Positions 23,551-35,203 are shown, counted from the whole stretch's first letter. The stretch is DNA of 61,599 nt, filler included, from Gonapodya sp. JEL0774 (GCA_027604505.1; 21 parts of 21 records of this genome joined end to end with filler, not necessarily neighbours in it); one strand, 5' to 3'. Program-made: numbers and translations. The notes: a model not told the origin generated them from the letters alone.

Positions 23551-26389
23551 GAAGCCTCAACTGTAAATCTCCTGGTCTTTTGTTCAGGTATCTTGAAGAC
23601 GTGTGTAACTACAAGGTCCCTATCTCAGAAAAGTCTTTTGTTTTTGTTGATGGCTACATGAAGTGTTCTGTTAAATCTGTCTTGGAAGGCTTAGATGAAT
23701 GTGGATGTCCTTTAGTTCAGATTCACTGTCGAGGAATGAAACTGCCGAGACAGGACATACAAACAGATGTTTTGTTTGGGATGGAGGAGCAACCTGGATT
23801 TCGTAGGGCTATTTGGGACTTTGGTTACGTCTGGAAACATCCAGGTAGAGTCCAACTATTAACCCTTTTGTGTTCCAATATGGTTCATGGTAAAATTTAA
23901 CATATTTGCAGACTCACTCATTTTGGTTGGAACAAGTGGTGTCCCTGGTGTAGCGCAAGTGACTCAGAGAGTCCCAAACTTGGGTGGCAGGCCTGGAAAT
24001 GGGGCTGGATCAGTGGCCTTGAGGTACAAGAAGAGTGAGGCAATGACAGCCATCAACGTAGATTTCTATTCTCCTGTAGTTCATGGGGCACGAGACTGGT
24101 ATGGCTTAGATGGTGCTACCATACCCCAGACTTATCGAGGTAGGTTAAGTTATAGGAAACACAAATACTGGAATATTTTACAATTTGAACAAAACTAGGA
24201 CTAGCAAAAAAATTAGTCAGGATTAGAAGGTTTCCTGAACATTTGCAGTCCAAATATTCTTCTATATCATCATTTTATGGTTTACGGGGAGAAGCTGGTT
24301 TCACCTCCACATTGGGAGAGGATGCAGATGTGCCTTGGTATGGTTCAACCCGCCGTGGCTTACAGCTTTCTGCCTTGGTAGCACCAAATGGATAACGTTC
24401 ACCTCAATGCAGGACCTTCCAATCTTCACTTTCTTGGTTTGAAAGCAATCCTGTAAATACTGCAAGGTTTTGGCAGCAACAATTGGATTTGGACTTTGTG
24501 GCAGTGAAGTTTACAGAATGGATCTCTTTTCATGCTGAGATGATACAAGGTGGCTAGGCTTAATGAGTTTGAAGTGTTGAGGTAAACACCGAATATTTTG
24601 TCCTCTGGGTAGCTATTGAGCGGAATGGAGAGTGGAAGGGAAAGGCAAATGATAGAATCGGGCCCAACATTAGAGCTCAGTATGCTGATGCAATTGCAGT
24701 AACATTTTTATGGGAAGGCATCAGGCGTGTCAACTATGATGCAAGGGATCTCACAGATTGGCTTGAGAATCAAGAACATTCTCCTGAGAATGTATGGATT
24801 GACAGACCTGCCCCAACGTGAGAGAGTATCATGATAAATTCATGAACAAGAAGCTTTATGATTTTGTTTTGTTTTACCTTGGGTTCCCAGGAAGGCTCAA
24901 TTGAACTCTAAAAGGAGGGCTCAATATGGTTGGGGCCCAAACAAGCTTGTGAAGCTGTTAGAGGTGCTGCCAGTGAAGTGAATAACTCTTAGCTCTGTGA
25001 TTGTGTTAGTTTCCAATAAAATATTTCCTGTTAAATTTTCAGGGAGCGCATGTGGGGACCAGAGATGTCTTTGGCAGAGGTTAGACGTGAGATTGCACAG
25101 GGATTATTCACCAAAAAATGGAAAGTAGGTTACATGTTATCATGAAATGCAGTCCTCGTCTTGACACCATCTGTTGCACATTGCGGTCCAGGACTGCTCA
25201 CCCTTGACACGTAAGTTATTTGAGAATGTCAGAAGATATTCAGCAATCTACACTTGTCCCTTCCCTGATTGCAAGAGGGAGCATCCATTAAGTGTTTCAT
25301 TTGGACCAGGGGCTAACCCCAAAATCAGACTCCGATGCAGGACAGATATTGTGACAGGCGGCAGAGGTTGTGGCAGAACTTTTGATGAGAGTTCAATCTT
25401 AGAGTTGCATGAACAATTCAGATATGAGGCAAGGATTGCAAATATTCAGTTCATTCCATACCAGGTGAGCTCAGGGAGCCAGGTCATTTGTACGATATGT
25501 GTACTTACAGAGGCCCTCCTGATTCACAGGAAGGTGACTTAGATGATGCAGATCCCCCCTCTGAGACTTCAATGAACCTCCTTGACCAAGAAATACAAAA
25601 TGCAGTGAGGGATAGTAGATTTGCATCTGAACATGCTGAAAGACAACCAATTGAAGGTTATGTCAAGGCTGAGGAGGTGATCAAAATATGTGGTGATGTT
25701 GAAACATACTCTGCTACATTTTTGCAGGTTGTAGGGTCATTTCATTTGACACAACCAAGTTGCGACATGCCCGCATTGGAGCCACAGCACTAATGTCTTC
25801 CCCTCCACCTCCAGCAAGAAATGCAACACATGGCTTTGAAGATGTAGACGATGAATCTGAAGCTGAATTTAGTAGGTTCTTTGTTGTCTGAGATGTCCAC
25901 AAATTTGGGACAGGTTTGTGATCCAATACTTCAACAATTTAAGCTCCGAAGAGGCAAAGTGGGAGGAATATTGGACAGAACAGCCTGGGTACTCCACTTG
26001 GTACCTGTCAAGACATGCATCTTTGCTTTTCACTGCTTCCCACTTAATATGATAATATCAACATCACCACAGCTTTGCGAAAACCTGCAAGGAATCTGAG
26101 GCCGGTAAATTACAAAGAAGCTCACAGTGATTTCAGTAAAAGTTGTGAGTATTATGTTGAGAGGATGTTATTGAAGAAACATCACAAAGATCAATTATCC
26201 ACACCAATAGCTCCTTCAGCATCCCTCTCCTCACCAAGAGAACCTATCACTCCTCCTGCCATGACCCATAGCAGAAAAGTCAACCTGGATCAGGATACAT
26301 TTGAACCTTATGAAACAGAGAATAGCAGCTCAGATGAGTCCAAATGTAAGTGAGGCTTGGAATGTGTAAGGCTTTGTGACTGAGACTTA
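23551..26389 (+). pseudogene. CpG-depleted, intron-bearing degenerate coding region of unknown family, probably repeat- or transposon-associated
   Basis: Long plus-strand frames broken by stops; Cys-rich segment YTCPFPDC...RLRC...GCGRTF; visibly low CG and high TG/CA relative to the gene contigs. Confidence 0.4.
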
Positions 26390-26507
26390 NNNNNNNNNNN
26401 NNNNNNNNNNNNNNNNNNNNNNNNNNNNNNNNNTTAATTAATTAANNNNNNNNNNNNNNNNNNNNNNNNNNNNNNNNNNNNNNNNNNNNGTTGTTATTAG
26501 GATAAAA

Positions 26508-27794
26508 ATGCTTAGTCCAATCGCTGAAGACAGTCTATTCTACAAGTACTCGCAAAGTCTGGCTCAAAACGAGTATGATATTTCCAATACACGTGGAGCG
26601 ACCGTGGAAATAGGGAAATCGTGGGTTCAAACTGTGAATGGTGCAGTAGGCTTTGTTTCTCAACTGCAAAGCGACGGCAAGTACTGCTTTTATGCCAAGT
26701 CCAAAATACCACTTCAAAGTGGTTCCGTTATATCGGGCGAGGAGACGTATGTGCTCAAAAGTGTGGTGAACGTTGGAGGAAAGTTTGCCCCCGTCCGAAC
26801 TGACGGTACTTGGGACGTGTATGCACAATCTCTGTCGTTCAACTTGAATGACACTGGTAACAACCAAACTCTCGTAACGACTTCACAGGCCAAGGCATGG
26901 GCGGCACTATCCGGTGCGCCGGCGTTTGTGCGTCAGCAAACGGCCTCCGGGACCGCCCCAGTTTACCTTAAATCCGCGGTGAACTTTCTACAGTCCGACC
27001 CATCCAATAAAATAATTCCAGGAGAGGAGACGTTCGTTCTCAAGACGTATGTACCGGCAACATCCACTACCCCCACTCCTACACCTCCCACATCAACTGT
27101 TCCACAGACTCTTGACGGTAAGACTTTGGTGTGGAATGATGAGTTCGAGGGCTCCTCATTGGACAAGTCCAAGTGGAAAGCGTATACGGGCGATGTGTAT
27201 AACAATGAAGTGCAGACTTACACATCCAGCGGAAACTACACGATCAGTGAAGGATCTTTGAACCTCGTTGCCAAGGCTAACCTGACGAGCGCAAAGATCC
27301 AGACACAGGGGTTATTTACTTTCAAGGAAGGTGCCACGGTTGTAGGAAGGTTCAAGTTTTCGGGGGCAACGCCTGGTGTATGGCCTGCCTTCTGGGCCAT
27401 GGGTGACAATTCGTGGAAGTCGGGCAAGCCTGATGCCGGTGAAATTGATATATTTGAGTATGGCCCAAGCACGTGGGGGGCGGGTAACATTCAATCTGCG
27501 GTTCAGACCAATCGTGATTATTATGCTACATCGACATTCAGGAACGCACTCGTAGCATTAGACGTCACACAATGGTTCACGGTGAAGTTAGCGTGGGAAT
27601 CTTCCTCGATAAAGGTGTACTTTAATGACAAGCTTGGGTTCACATACACGAATGATGGTGATCCAAGTGCATGGCCTAAGGAAGGTATGTTCCTTATTCT
27701 CAATGTTGCTCTCGGTGGCAGTGTTGGTGGAAATGTGAATTCATCTCTTCTTCCATTCACAATGAGTTGTGATTATGTCCGGGTGTATGTCTGA
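26508..27794 (+). CDS. Intronless GH16 beta-1,3-glucanase (laminarinase type) with duplicated N-terminal module and T/P linker
   Basis: LVWNDEFEG, NNEVQTY, TSAKIQT, GVWPAFWAMG, catalytic GEIDIFE, FLILNVALGG, DYVRVY; 428 aa uninterrupted. Confidence 0.93.
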   Translation: MLSPIAEDSLFYKYSQSLAQNEYDISNTRGATVEIGKSWVQTVNGAVGFVSQLQSDGKYCFYAKSKIPLQSGSVISGEETYVLKSVVNVGGKFAPVRTDGTWDVYAQSLSFNLNDTGNNQTLVTTSQAKAWAALSGAPAFVRQQTASGTAPVYLKSAVNFLQSDPSNKIIPGEETFVLKTYVPATSTTPTPTPPTSTVPQTLDGKTLVWNDEFEGSSLDKSKWKAYTGDVYNNEVQTYTSSGNYTISEGSLNLVAKANLTSAKIQTQGLFTFKEGATVVGRFKFSGATPGVWPAFWAMGDNSWKSGKPDAGEIDIFEYGPSTWGAGNIQSAVQTNRDYYATSTFRNALVALDVTQWFTVKLAWESSSIKVYFNDKLGFTYTNDGDPSAWPKEGMFLILNVALGGSVGGNVNSSLLPFTMSCDYVRVYV

Positions 27795-27814
27795 GCGTTT
27801 TGTCAGAGTGAGTG

Positions 27815-27935
27815 AGGGATGGGATGGGAGTTTGAATTGGATTGGATTGGTATGGGATGGGCTTTCTTGGGATGTGATTAGATGGGGATTGGGATGGGGA
27901 TGGCGATTTTGAATGAATGGATTGGGATGGGGATG
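27815..27935. repeat. GGGAT/GGATT-rich intergenic low-complexity repeat
   Basis: Repeated GGGATGGG and GGATTGG motifs between the GH16 and SWIB-like ORFs. Confidence 0.7.
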
Positions 27936-28013
27936 TGATGGTCTCACAGACATCCGGTTCCCATAAAAACCCCATCAAATCACATCGACACATCTAGCGT
28001 CTGCATTTGAGCC

Positions 28014-28739
28014 ATGTCGCACGCCATCGAACTTCTTACTGCCCTGCAGAACAGCGAACCCACTTCTACAGTGGAAGCACAGGCACTCTTTGACGCTACA
28101 AAGCGATTTGTCGTTTTTCTTGACGACATCGAAGCTCACGAGGCTGACTATGACTCTTTCCTCAACGTAGTGGGTCCAGTCTCAGATGCCTACCGCGGTG
28201 TGCGGAAGCAAGAGAGTAGAGAACTCGGCATTGACGAATCTCATTCAGTCAGCGGCGGTAGTGATGGAGGGCCCGCGGTGGCACTGGAAAAGGCGGCCAA
28301 GCTGAAACGTGCCGTCAATAAGTACAACGTCACGCTAAGCACTGAATTAGCTGCGTTCCTCCAGTGGAACACTGGCGAGGAGTACGACCGTAAGACGGTC
28401 ATTGACGAAGTCCGCAAGCACATAACCGCTCGAAAGTGCGGTGTTGTGACAGATGGCAAGCTCACATGGCAACAATATGTGTTCGACGAGAATTCCTCGG
28501 ACTTGCAGGAGTTGTTGGGCACGCCTAAGGGGAAGGCGAAAATCGGCGCGGACTATGTTGATGCGCACACTCCGCTCAGTCTTGGCCTTGAGCTGAAGCA
28601 TCACTTTATAACTGAAAACAAAGTTGAAGATGCGAATAAGCCGCAGTTATCGCGAAAGGCGTCTAAGAGGGTAGCTGGTACTGGCAAGGGTCGCGGGGTA
28701 CACGCGGTCAAGCAATCAATCGAAGAGACGAGTGTATAA
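28014..28739 (+). CDS. Intronless protein with a divergent SWIB/MDM2-like domain and basic tail
   Basis: VTLSTELAAFLQWNTGEEYDRKTVIDEVRKHITARK...YVFDENSSDLQELLG resembles the SWIB pattern (xSxELaxFLg...RxeVxxxlxxYI...D..LxxLlG). Confidence 0.6.
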   Translation: MSHAIELLTALQNSEPTSTVEAQALFDATKRFVVFLDDIEAHEADYDSFLNVVGPVSDAYRGVRKQESRELGIDESHSVSGGSDGGPAVALEKAAKLKRAVNKYNVTLSTELAAFLQWNTGEEYDRKTVIDEVRKHITARKCGVVTDGKLTWQQYVFDENSSDLQELLGTPKGKAKIGADYVDAHTPLSLGLELKHHFITENKVEDANKPQLSRKASKRVAGTGKGRGVHAVKQSIEETSV

Positions 28740-29061
28740 CGAAGTGACACAACAACTGTAATAATGCTATCAAAAATGCAAACACAATCACTGCCCATAT
28801 CCATTTACTGGCCATTCGTGATAAAAGAGTTGAGAAGAGTTGCTCGAGATCGTCTTGCTTCGCCTTCACTGCATTAAGAACGTTGTCTACCACTGCTCCA
28901 CATATATCAGCGGACTCTGTCTTTTCACTCGATGGACGAGGTGTTCGCTCATACACATCGCTTGTTGCAAGTGAACGAGGCGGGGTGAGGGAGATGCGCC
29001 GTGATGGCATTGCCTTGGCTTTACAAAGATTCTCGAAAATTTTTTTGGACGTCTCGTTCAT
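28708..29061 (-). CDS. Small intronless protein with a C-terminal transmembrane helix
   Basis: 117 aa; hydrophobic WIWAVIVFAFLIALLQLL near the C-terminus; convergent with, and overlapping by 32 nt, the SWIB-like ORF. Confidence 0.55.
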   Translation of the reverse strand: MNETSKKIFENLCKAKAMPSRRISLTPPRSLATSDVYERTPRPSSEKTESADICGAVVDNVLNAVKAKQDDLEQLFSTLLSRMASKWIWAVIVFAFLIALLQLLCHFVIHSSLRLIA

Positions 29062-29117
29062 CGCGAAAATGAGATCGGAAAACCCATTCCGAACAGATTG
29101 GGATGGGACCTAGTTTC

Positions 29118-29328
29118 TTTCGAACGCTTTGTTCAGGATGGGGATGAGGGATGAGGACGGGATCAGTTTCTGAAACTTTTCGAAAAGCTGTTCAGGATGG
29201 GGATGGGGATGAGGATGGGATTGAGAATCTGAAACTTTTCGAAATCTCATCCGGGATGGGGATGAGGGATGAGGATGGGATTCGATATTCTGAAACTTTT
29301 CGAAATCTCATCCGGGATGGGGATGAGG
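29118..29328. repeat. Tandem ~60-bp repeat (about 3.5 copies, runs off the contig)
   Basis: Units begin TTTCGAA at 29118, 29178, 29237 and 29298; each carries GGATGGGGATG(A/G)GG. Confidence 0.9.
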
Positions 29329-29428
29329 NNNNNNNNNNNNNNNNNNNNNNNNNNNNNNNNNNNNNNNNNNNNTTAATTAATTAANNNNNNNNNNNNNNNN
29401 NNNNNNNNNNNNNNNNNNNNNNNNNNNN

Positions 29429-30030
29429 TGACATCCTGTTACAGAAACTCCACTCTTCACCAGTAATTCCTTCACGAGCTTATCACGTTGCTGTTCGTTC
29501 ACCTCATACTCGATGTTGTAATAGAGTTCGTTGACATTCAACTCCTTGCATACTTTCTCAACAAGTTCTGGAACAGCTTTCCAACCTCTTCGGTCGTCGT
29601 TGAGCTTCACTACCAGAGGAATTCCCCGTTCGGCGAGCGATTCGCGAAGCTTTTCGACATTCCGAAGCCAAAAGTCCACCTTTACTGGCGCGCATGCATG
29701 ACGGTGCCACTCAATCGGAGATACTATATATAAGCATGCAAGGTTTGTGTTTGCTCCTCCCGAGGAAAGGCGGACAGCTGCCCTCGAGGCGAGCTGTAGC
29801 GCCGAGTTGTCTTCAATACGTAGGTCGGTTCTAAACCAATGGAGAACAGTCGATGCAGCGACTGTCGGTTTTGATGCAAGTGATGCAATGACTCGTGATG
29901 TACTGCTGGTCATGGTTGGAGAAGAAACAGAAGATGTGAAAGTGCGGGTTCGTCGGCTTCGGTCAGAAGTTATAGGATCGGGGACTTCGCATCGCATGCC
30001 TCCTAGAGCAACCCCGCTGAAGGCCTTCAT
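29429..30030 (-). CDS. PHR1: Class I CPD photolyase, N-terminal part
   Basis: VLHWFRTDLRIEDNSAL; LYIVSPIEWHRH; VDFWLRN; YNIEYEVNEQQRD. The start could instead be the downstream MTSSTSR. Confidence 0.9.
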
Positions 30031-30176
30031 TACCTACCATCTGGCAAAAAATGGTACAGTGTTGTTCGAAGAGACATATGCGGCGGAACACGACGAACCC
30101 TGCCCATAGTTGAGAATTGTACTCCATGTGCCGTTTTGGGATTATGCGTTAAATTGTTGAGACTTTACAAATATTT

Positions 30177-32267
30177 CTAAAGGACAGATTTGATGGACTT
30201 GCGCAGCTCGTGCTCCTTGCGTTTGTACTATGAGTACAAAGGACGTCAGGGACAATAAATACTTGTAGAAGCTCACACATACGGCTCACCTCATCGTATT
30301 GATCCCTGATCTTGGCGGCGTTCTTGAGCTCAGTTCTAGCCAATTGCGCCGCGTGCGCCTCATCGGGGCCGTCCGCGAAACGGAGATGACGAATCATGGC
30401 CCATTGGTGGGCGAGCTCTGTCGACTGTGAGACACCGAGACCACCATAGACTTGCATGGCGCGATCAATCTGATATCCGAATGAGATATCCAAGTTGCAT
30501 TGCAAATTGGTGCACGACAGTCAGCGGAATGTGTTCGTGGCACCACACAGTGTCAATAGACCCAAACTCACGATCTGGCAGACTTGGTAAGGGACTGCGA
30601 TCTTGGCCATGGCAATTTCATACCTGCAGAGAAAAAATAGAGTGTCGCACCAATGGTAGCAAACCATCATTACCCCTCACTCCCACCCACCGCGCCTCCT
30701 TAAGTCCCTTGATGTCCATGGCCTTGGCCGCCATGTACACAAGCTGCTTGCACTGCTCGAGTTGGATGCGGCTTTGGGCAATGTCCCATTGGACCTTTCA
30801 GGGTTGTTGAGGTAAGGAAGGGTCAGAATGTCTGAGCACTACAAAACAATACCACATCTGGGGAGGAAAACAAATCTCACCTTGCCTTGTTCGCCCTTTG
30901 TGATACCTGAGAATAAAAAGGATTGCACGAAGTGTGAGTCAGCCCAACGTGAGACGGTCGCGACCCATTGTCCCCACACTCGGCACAGAAAAAAAAAATG
31001 CCTTTCCCACCCACCGAACGGCTTCTTCTTCTCGTTGATACATTCGATCAACATCAATTCCAAAGCCCTCTGCCCAACTCCGAGAGTTCGCATGGCGTGG
31101 TGGATACGCCCACCTCCAAGACGACCCTGAAGAATGTCGAAACCACGACCCTCTCCGAGGACGAGGTTCTCAGCGGGCACCTTGCAGTTCTCAAAGATGA
31201 GCTCGTCGTGGCCACTTGGAGCGTGGTCATATCCGTAAACTGAAAGGTCACGTCGACGATTAATCAGTCAACGAACGGATCTGATTTAAACACATAAGCA
31301 CGAACCAGTCATGTGACGGACCAATTTGATGCCGGGAGTATCTTTCGGGAGCTTTTGGTGACATGGTGGTCAGCAAACCCGTCGCTGGGACCACATACCG
31401 TTTCGGATGGGTCAGAGAACTTACAATCACAACACTGAGCATTCCGTGCTTGGGACCATCCGACCGCGTTTTACCGACAAGGAGGAGCACACGCGTGTCG
31501 GGGTGCGAGAAGTTGGATTGCCAGTGCTTGTGGCCTGATAAGGAACACCTTGATTGGTGCACACGGGAGTTGGAGTTAAGAGGAGCGATCACCTTACCAT
31601 TGATGATGTAGTGCTTGCCGTCGGGAGTCTTTGTGATGCTCGTCGAGATGTTGGTGGCTGGGGAACAGGTTCTCTGTTCAGACATTCCGCCCAGTTCCGC
31701 AACCTCACCCATTGTGTGAAGCTCACCGTCGCTACTCGCTACACCGGGCTCGGTCATGGCAAAAGTGGAACGGATCGTGCCCTCCATGAGCGGCTTGAGC
31801 CACTTCTCCTTTTGTGCAGCGTTACCGAACTTGGCTGTTGAGATAAGCCCGAGGGTATGTGTGAGATTAGATCGATGACTTTTCGGGAAATGCACATGTA
31901 GAAACAATACATACCAAGAAGCTCCATGTTACCGGTGTCCTTCGTTGTGGAGAATATATAGGTGAAGTCGCAAGGATCGCGGGCACGATAAACTTCATCA
32001 CCGGTGAGAGACTTACGGGTGCAGCGCAGTTGGTCGCCGGAGGCGCAATGCTGGACCGTCCGAGGAGCTCGCAGACGGCGGAATACTCGAGTGTGGTCAG
32101 ACCAGGGGAGAGGGGGCCGTACTCCTCCTGTTGTGTGTTTTGGTATTCAAGTTCCCCGACAGCATACTATTGAGCCTTCGCAAGAGTGCACCCCAAACGA
32201 TCATCAAGGACATACGGTGAGGAAGAGGTTCCACAGGCCAAGAGCTCTCGCTTTCTTCTTGAGCTCG
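30177..32267 (-). CDS. Acyl-CoA dehydrogenase (ACAD10/11, IBR3-like), 5'-truncated, multi-exon
   Basis: [83 protein letters not shown]; ends KSVL*. Confidence 0.93.
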
Positions 32268-32538
32268 NNNNNNNNNNNNNNNNNNNNNNNNNNNNNNNNN
32301 NNNNNNNNNNNTTAATTAATTAANNNNNNNNNNNNNNNNNNNNNNNNNNNNNNNNNNNNNNNNNNNNTCGAGAATTGGATGTGGGGGACTCACCTGACGT
32401 GGGGTTGGTTCGGGATACCTGCCACGTGTGGACCGCAGTGACGTAAAGTTCCGGCTTTCCCTCTCCCTCAAAAGACCTCTGATCGTTCAGAGGACTAAGA
32501 CTCCACAAACAAATCCTCACCAACATTGGGACTCAAAC

Positions 32539-35203
32539 ATGCGGTTCTTCATCGCAATCGCTGCAATCGCGGCCACCGCGGTTGGTGCACTGGCCGCCCC
32601 CACACCCAACCGTCTTGTTCCTCGCAAGAATGGTGAGCATCGCAATTCTGAGAATCCAGTTTGTGGAATACCGGCGTTGGGCTGAACTGTACTAAAAGTT
32701 TCTCTTCGTCCTTTTCTCCCGCGATCCCGTTTGCTGCGTGATTCTCACGCCTAAATCTCCTCAACACACAAGTCCTTTTGAACGTCGAGCATCTCTCGTC
32801 GAGGCCTCTCTCGAATTTTGATGTTCACGTCCCGTGGGAGTACGCCTACAGCGAGGCAAAGAAGCTCTTGGCCCAGCTCTCACTCGACAACAAGACCGAC
32901 ATGGTGACTGGTATTGGCTGGCAAAATGGCCCTTGTGTTGGGAACATCAATCCGCAACCAAAAGTGAGTGAGATCTTGCGATGTTCGAGGCTGGGGAACT
33001 GGTGATCCTCATGATTGTGTGACTGGATGTTCCTGACCGCAACCATCACGAAACAACAGATTAAGTTCCAGGGGATCTGCCTTCAGGACGGCCCAGTCGG
33101 CATGCGATTTGCGGACCTGGCGTCAACCTTTTCGACCCCGATGTAAGTTGGTTATTTGAAGCTGGCGTGCTTTGTATAGACACTCAGATCTTCCCGATCA
33201 TCCTTGGCTCTTTAGTAACCTCGCCGCCACTTTCGACAAAAAACTCATGTTCAACCAGGGTCTACTCAAGGGTAAAGAGCAACGCGGAAAGGGTGTCCAA
33301 GTGACGCTCGCACCCACCATCAACATCATGCGCGCTCCCGAAGGCGGACGCTCGTGGGAGGCGTACGGACCCGATCCCGTCATGGCCAGCTTCGCCGCTG
33401 CTCACGAGATTCTGGGCATTCAACAGAACGGCGTCATTGCGACCGCCAAGCACGTGAGTACCCAGTGCGTGTTTTCTGAGCGGCGTTGCTTGACGAGGTG
33501 GGCACGCCTGACGTCACAATTTTTGGCGATCACACAGTTCATCTTGAACGAACAAGAGCATAACCGTGTAGGTTCCAACTCCTACGTTGGTCGTCGTGCG
33601 TTCTACGAGGTTTATCTCCGGCCATTCGCTGTGAGTGTTTCTCGTGTTCCATTCTCCATTCGCTCTCTTTCGGACTCACTCCATGGCTGTTCTCTCACGC
33701 TTCATTTATCCGCCATCAACCACCAGGCCAGCGTCAAGGCAGGTGTCGGTGCCGTCATGTGCTCCTACAACGGCGTCAACGACACTGGGATCTCCTGCGA
33801 GAACCCCGATCTCTACAAGATCCTCAAAGGCGAGCTCGAATTCAAAGGGTTCGTCATGACTGATTGGTGGGGCGGCCGCGACCCCATCAAGGTTGCCAAC
33901 GCTGGCGTCGACATGCAAATGGCCGGCGACTCGGACCTCGGATCCGGTTTCACCCTGTGGGGACCCAACCTGACCCTTCTGGTCAAGAATGGCAGCGTTC
34001 CTGAGGCTCGCGTGGACGACATGGTCACCCGTATCCTCGCGACCTGGATCAGAATGGGACAAGACGACGGCACCTTCCCCGACGTCAACTTCAACTCGTG
34101 GAACACCTCGAACCAGAAGCACGTGGACGTACAAGGACGGCACAAGGACCACATCCGCACCGTCGGTGCCGCTTCCACCGTCGTGGTGAAGAACACCGGG
34201 TCGCTTCCTCTCACCAACGCAACCTACAAGACCATCGCAGTCATTGGCGAGGACGCGTTCGGTCCGTCCAACGGTCTCAACCTCTGCCCCGACCACGGAT
34301 GCATCGACGGGACCATCGCTCAAGGATGGGGATCCGGCACGACCAAGTTCCCGTACCTGATTGCTCCGGTCGACGGGATCACCGAGAAGGCCAAAGTTCA
34401 GTCCATCAAGGTTCTCGCCACCAACGACAACGGGGTGGCGGTGTCCACGGCGCAAAAGGCAGACATCGCGGTTGTTTTCGGGTTCGCAGTCTCGGGTGAG
34501 GGCTACATCACCATTGATGGTCACTACGGGTGAGTACTCTGCAATTGCCTGTGGTTGCTGCTGTTGTTGTTGTGTGCTGATCAGCTCATTTCTTTGAATC
34601 CTGCCGGATTTCAATCTCTCACCTTGTGATCCTCAGCGACCGTAACGACCTCAACCTCTTCCACAACGGCGACGCACTCGTCAAGGCGATCGCTGATGTC
34701 CAGAAGACCATCGTCGTGATCCACTCTCCTGGTCCCGTTTTGGCTCCCTGGGCCGATCACCCCAACATCACAGCCATCATCTACGCCGGCATGCCAGGTC
34801 AAGAGTCGGGCAACTCTCTCGCCGACGTTCTCTTTGGTGACGTGAACCCGTCCGGCCGACTGCCCTACACCATCGCCAAGGCCACCGCCGACTACGGTGC
34901 CCACGTCGACTACACCGGCCTCAAGATCAACTACGACGAAGGTATCCTCGTGGACTACCGCTGGTTTGAAGCCACCAACAAGACTCCGGCCTTCGCTTTC
35001 GGTCACGGTCTCTCCTACACCAAGTTCGACTACTCGCCCGTCACGATCGAAGCTCCCAACCCTGACCGCGGCTCCTACAAGGTCACCGTGAACGTCACCA
35101 ACTCTGGCAAGGTCGGTGGCCACGAGGTCGTGCAGCTCTACCTCAACCTCCCGTCGTGGACGTGCCAGACCCAGGGGTGCGCCAAGGAGCTCCGCGACTT
35201 TGA
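32539..35203 (+). CDS. Secreted GH3 beta-glucosidase, multi-exon, 3'-truncated
   Basis: Signal peptide MRFFIAIAAIAATAVGALA; CLQDGPVG; GGRSWE; TAKH; MCSYN; GFVMTDWW nucleophile motif; PGQESGN; VNPSGRLPYT; FGHGLSYT. Confidence 0.96.

Noticed and set aside
29083..29114. Helitron 3' end (hairpin plus CTAG)
   Set aside because: The hairpin is imperfect and almost abuts the CTAG rather than lying about 10 nt upstream, and no Rep/helicase is visible.
29118..29328. CRISPR-like repeat-spacer array
   Set aside because: Whole units are similar with no unique spacers, there are no cas genes, and the context is eukaryotic; it is a tandem repeat.
20979..30030. Apparent DNA-repair cluster (Nei glycosylase and photolyase) or carbohydrate cluster (GH16 and GH3)
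   Set aside because: The genes lie on different contigs that are adjacent only through length sorting.
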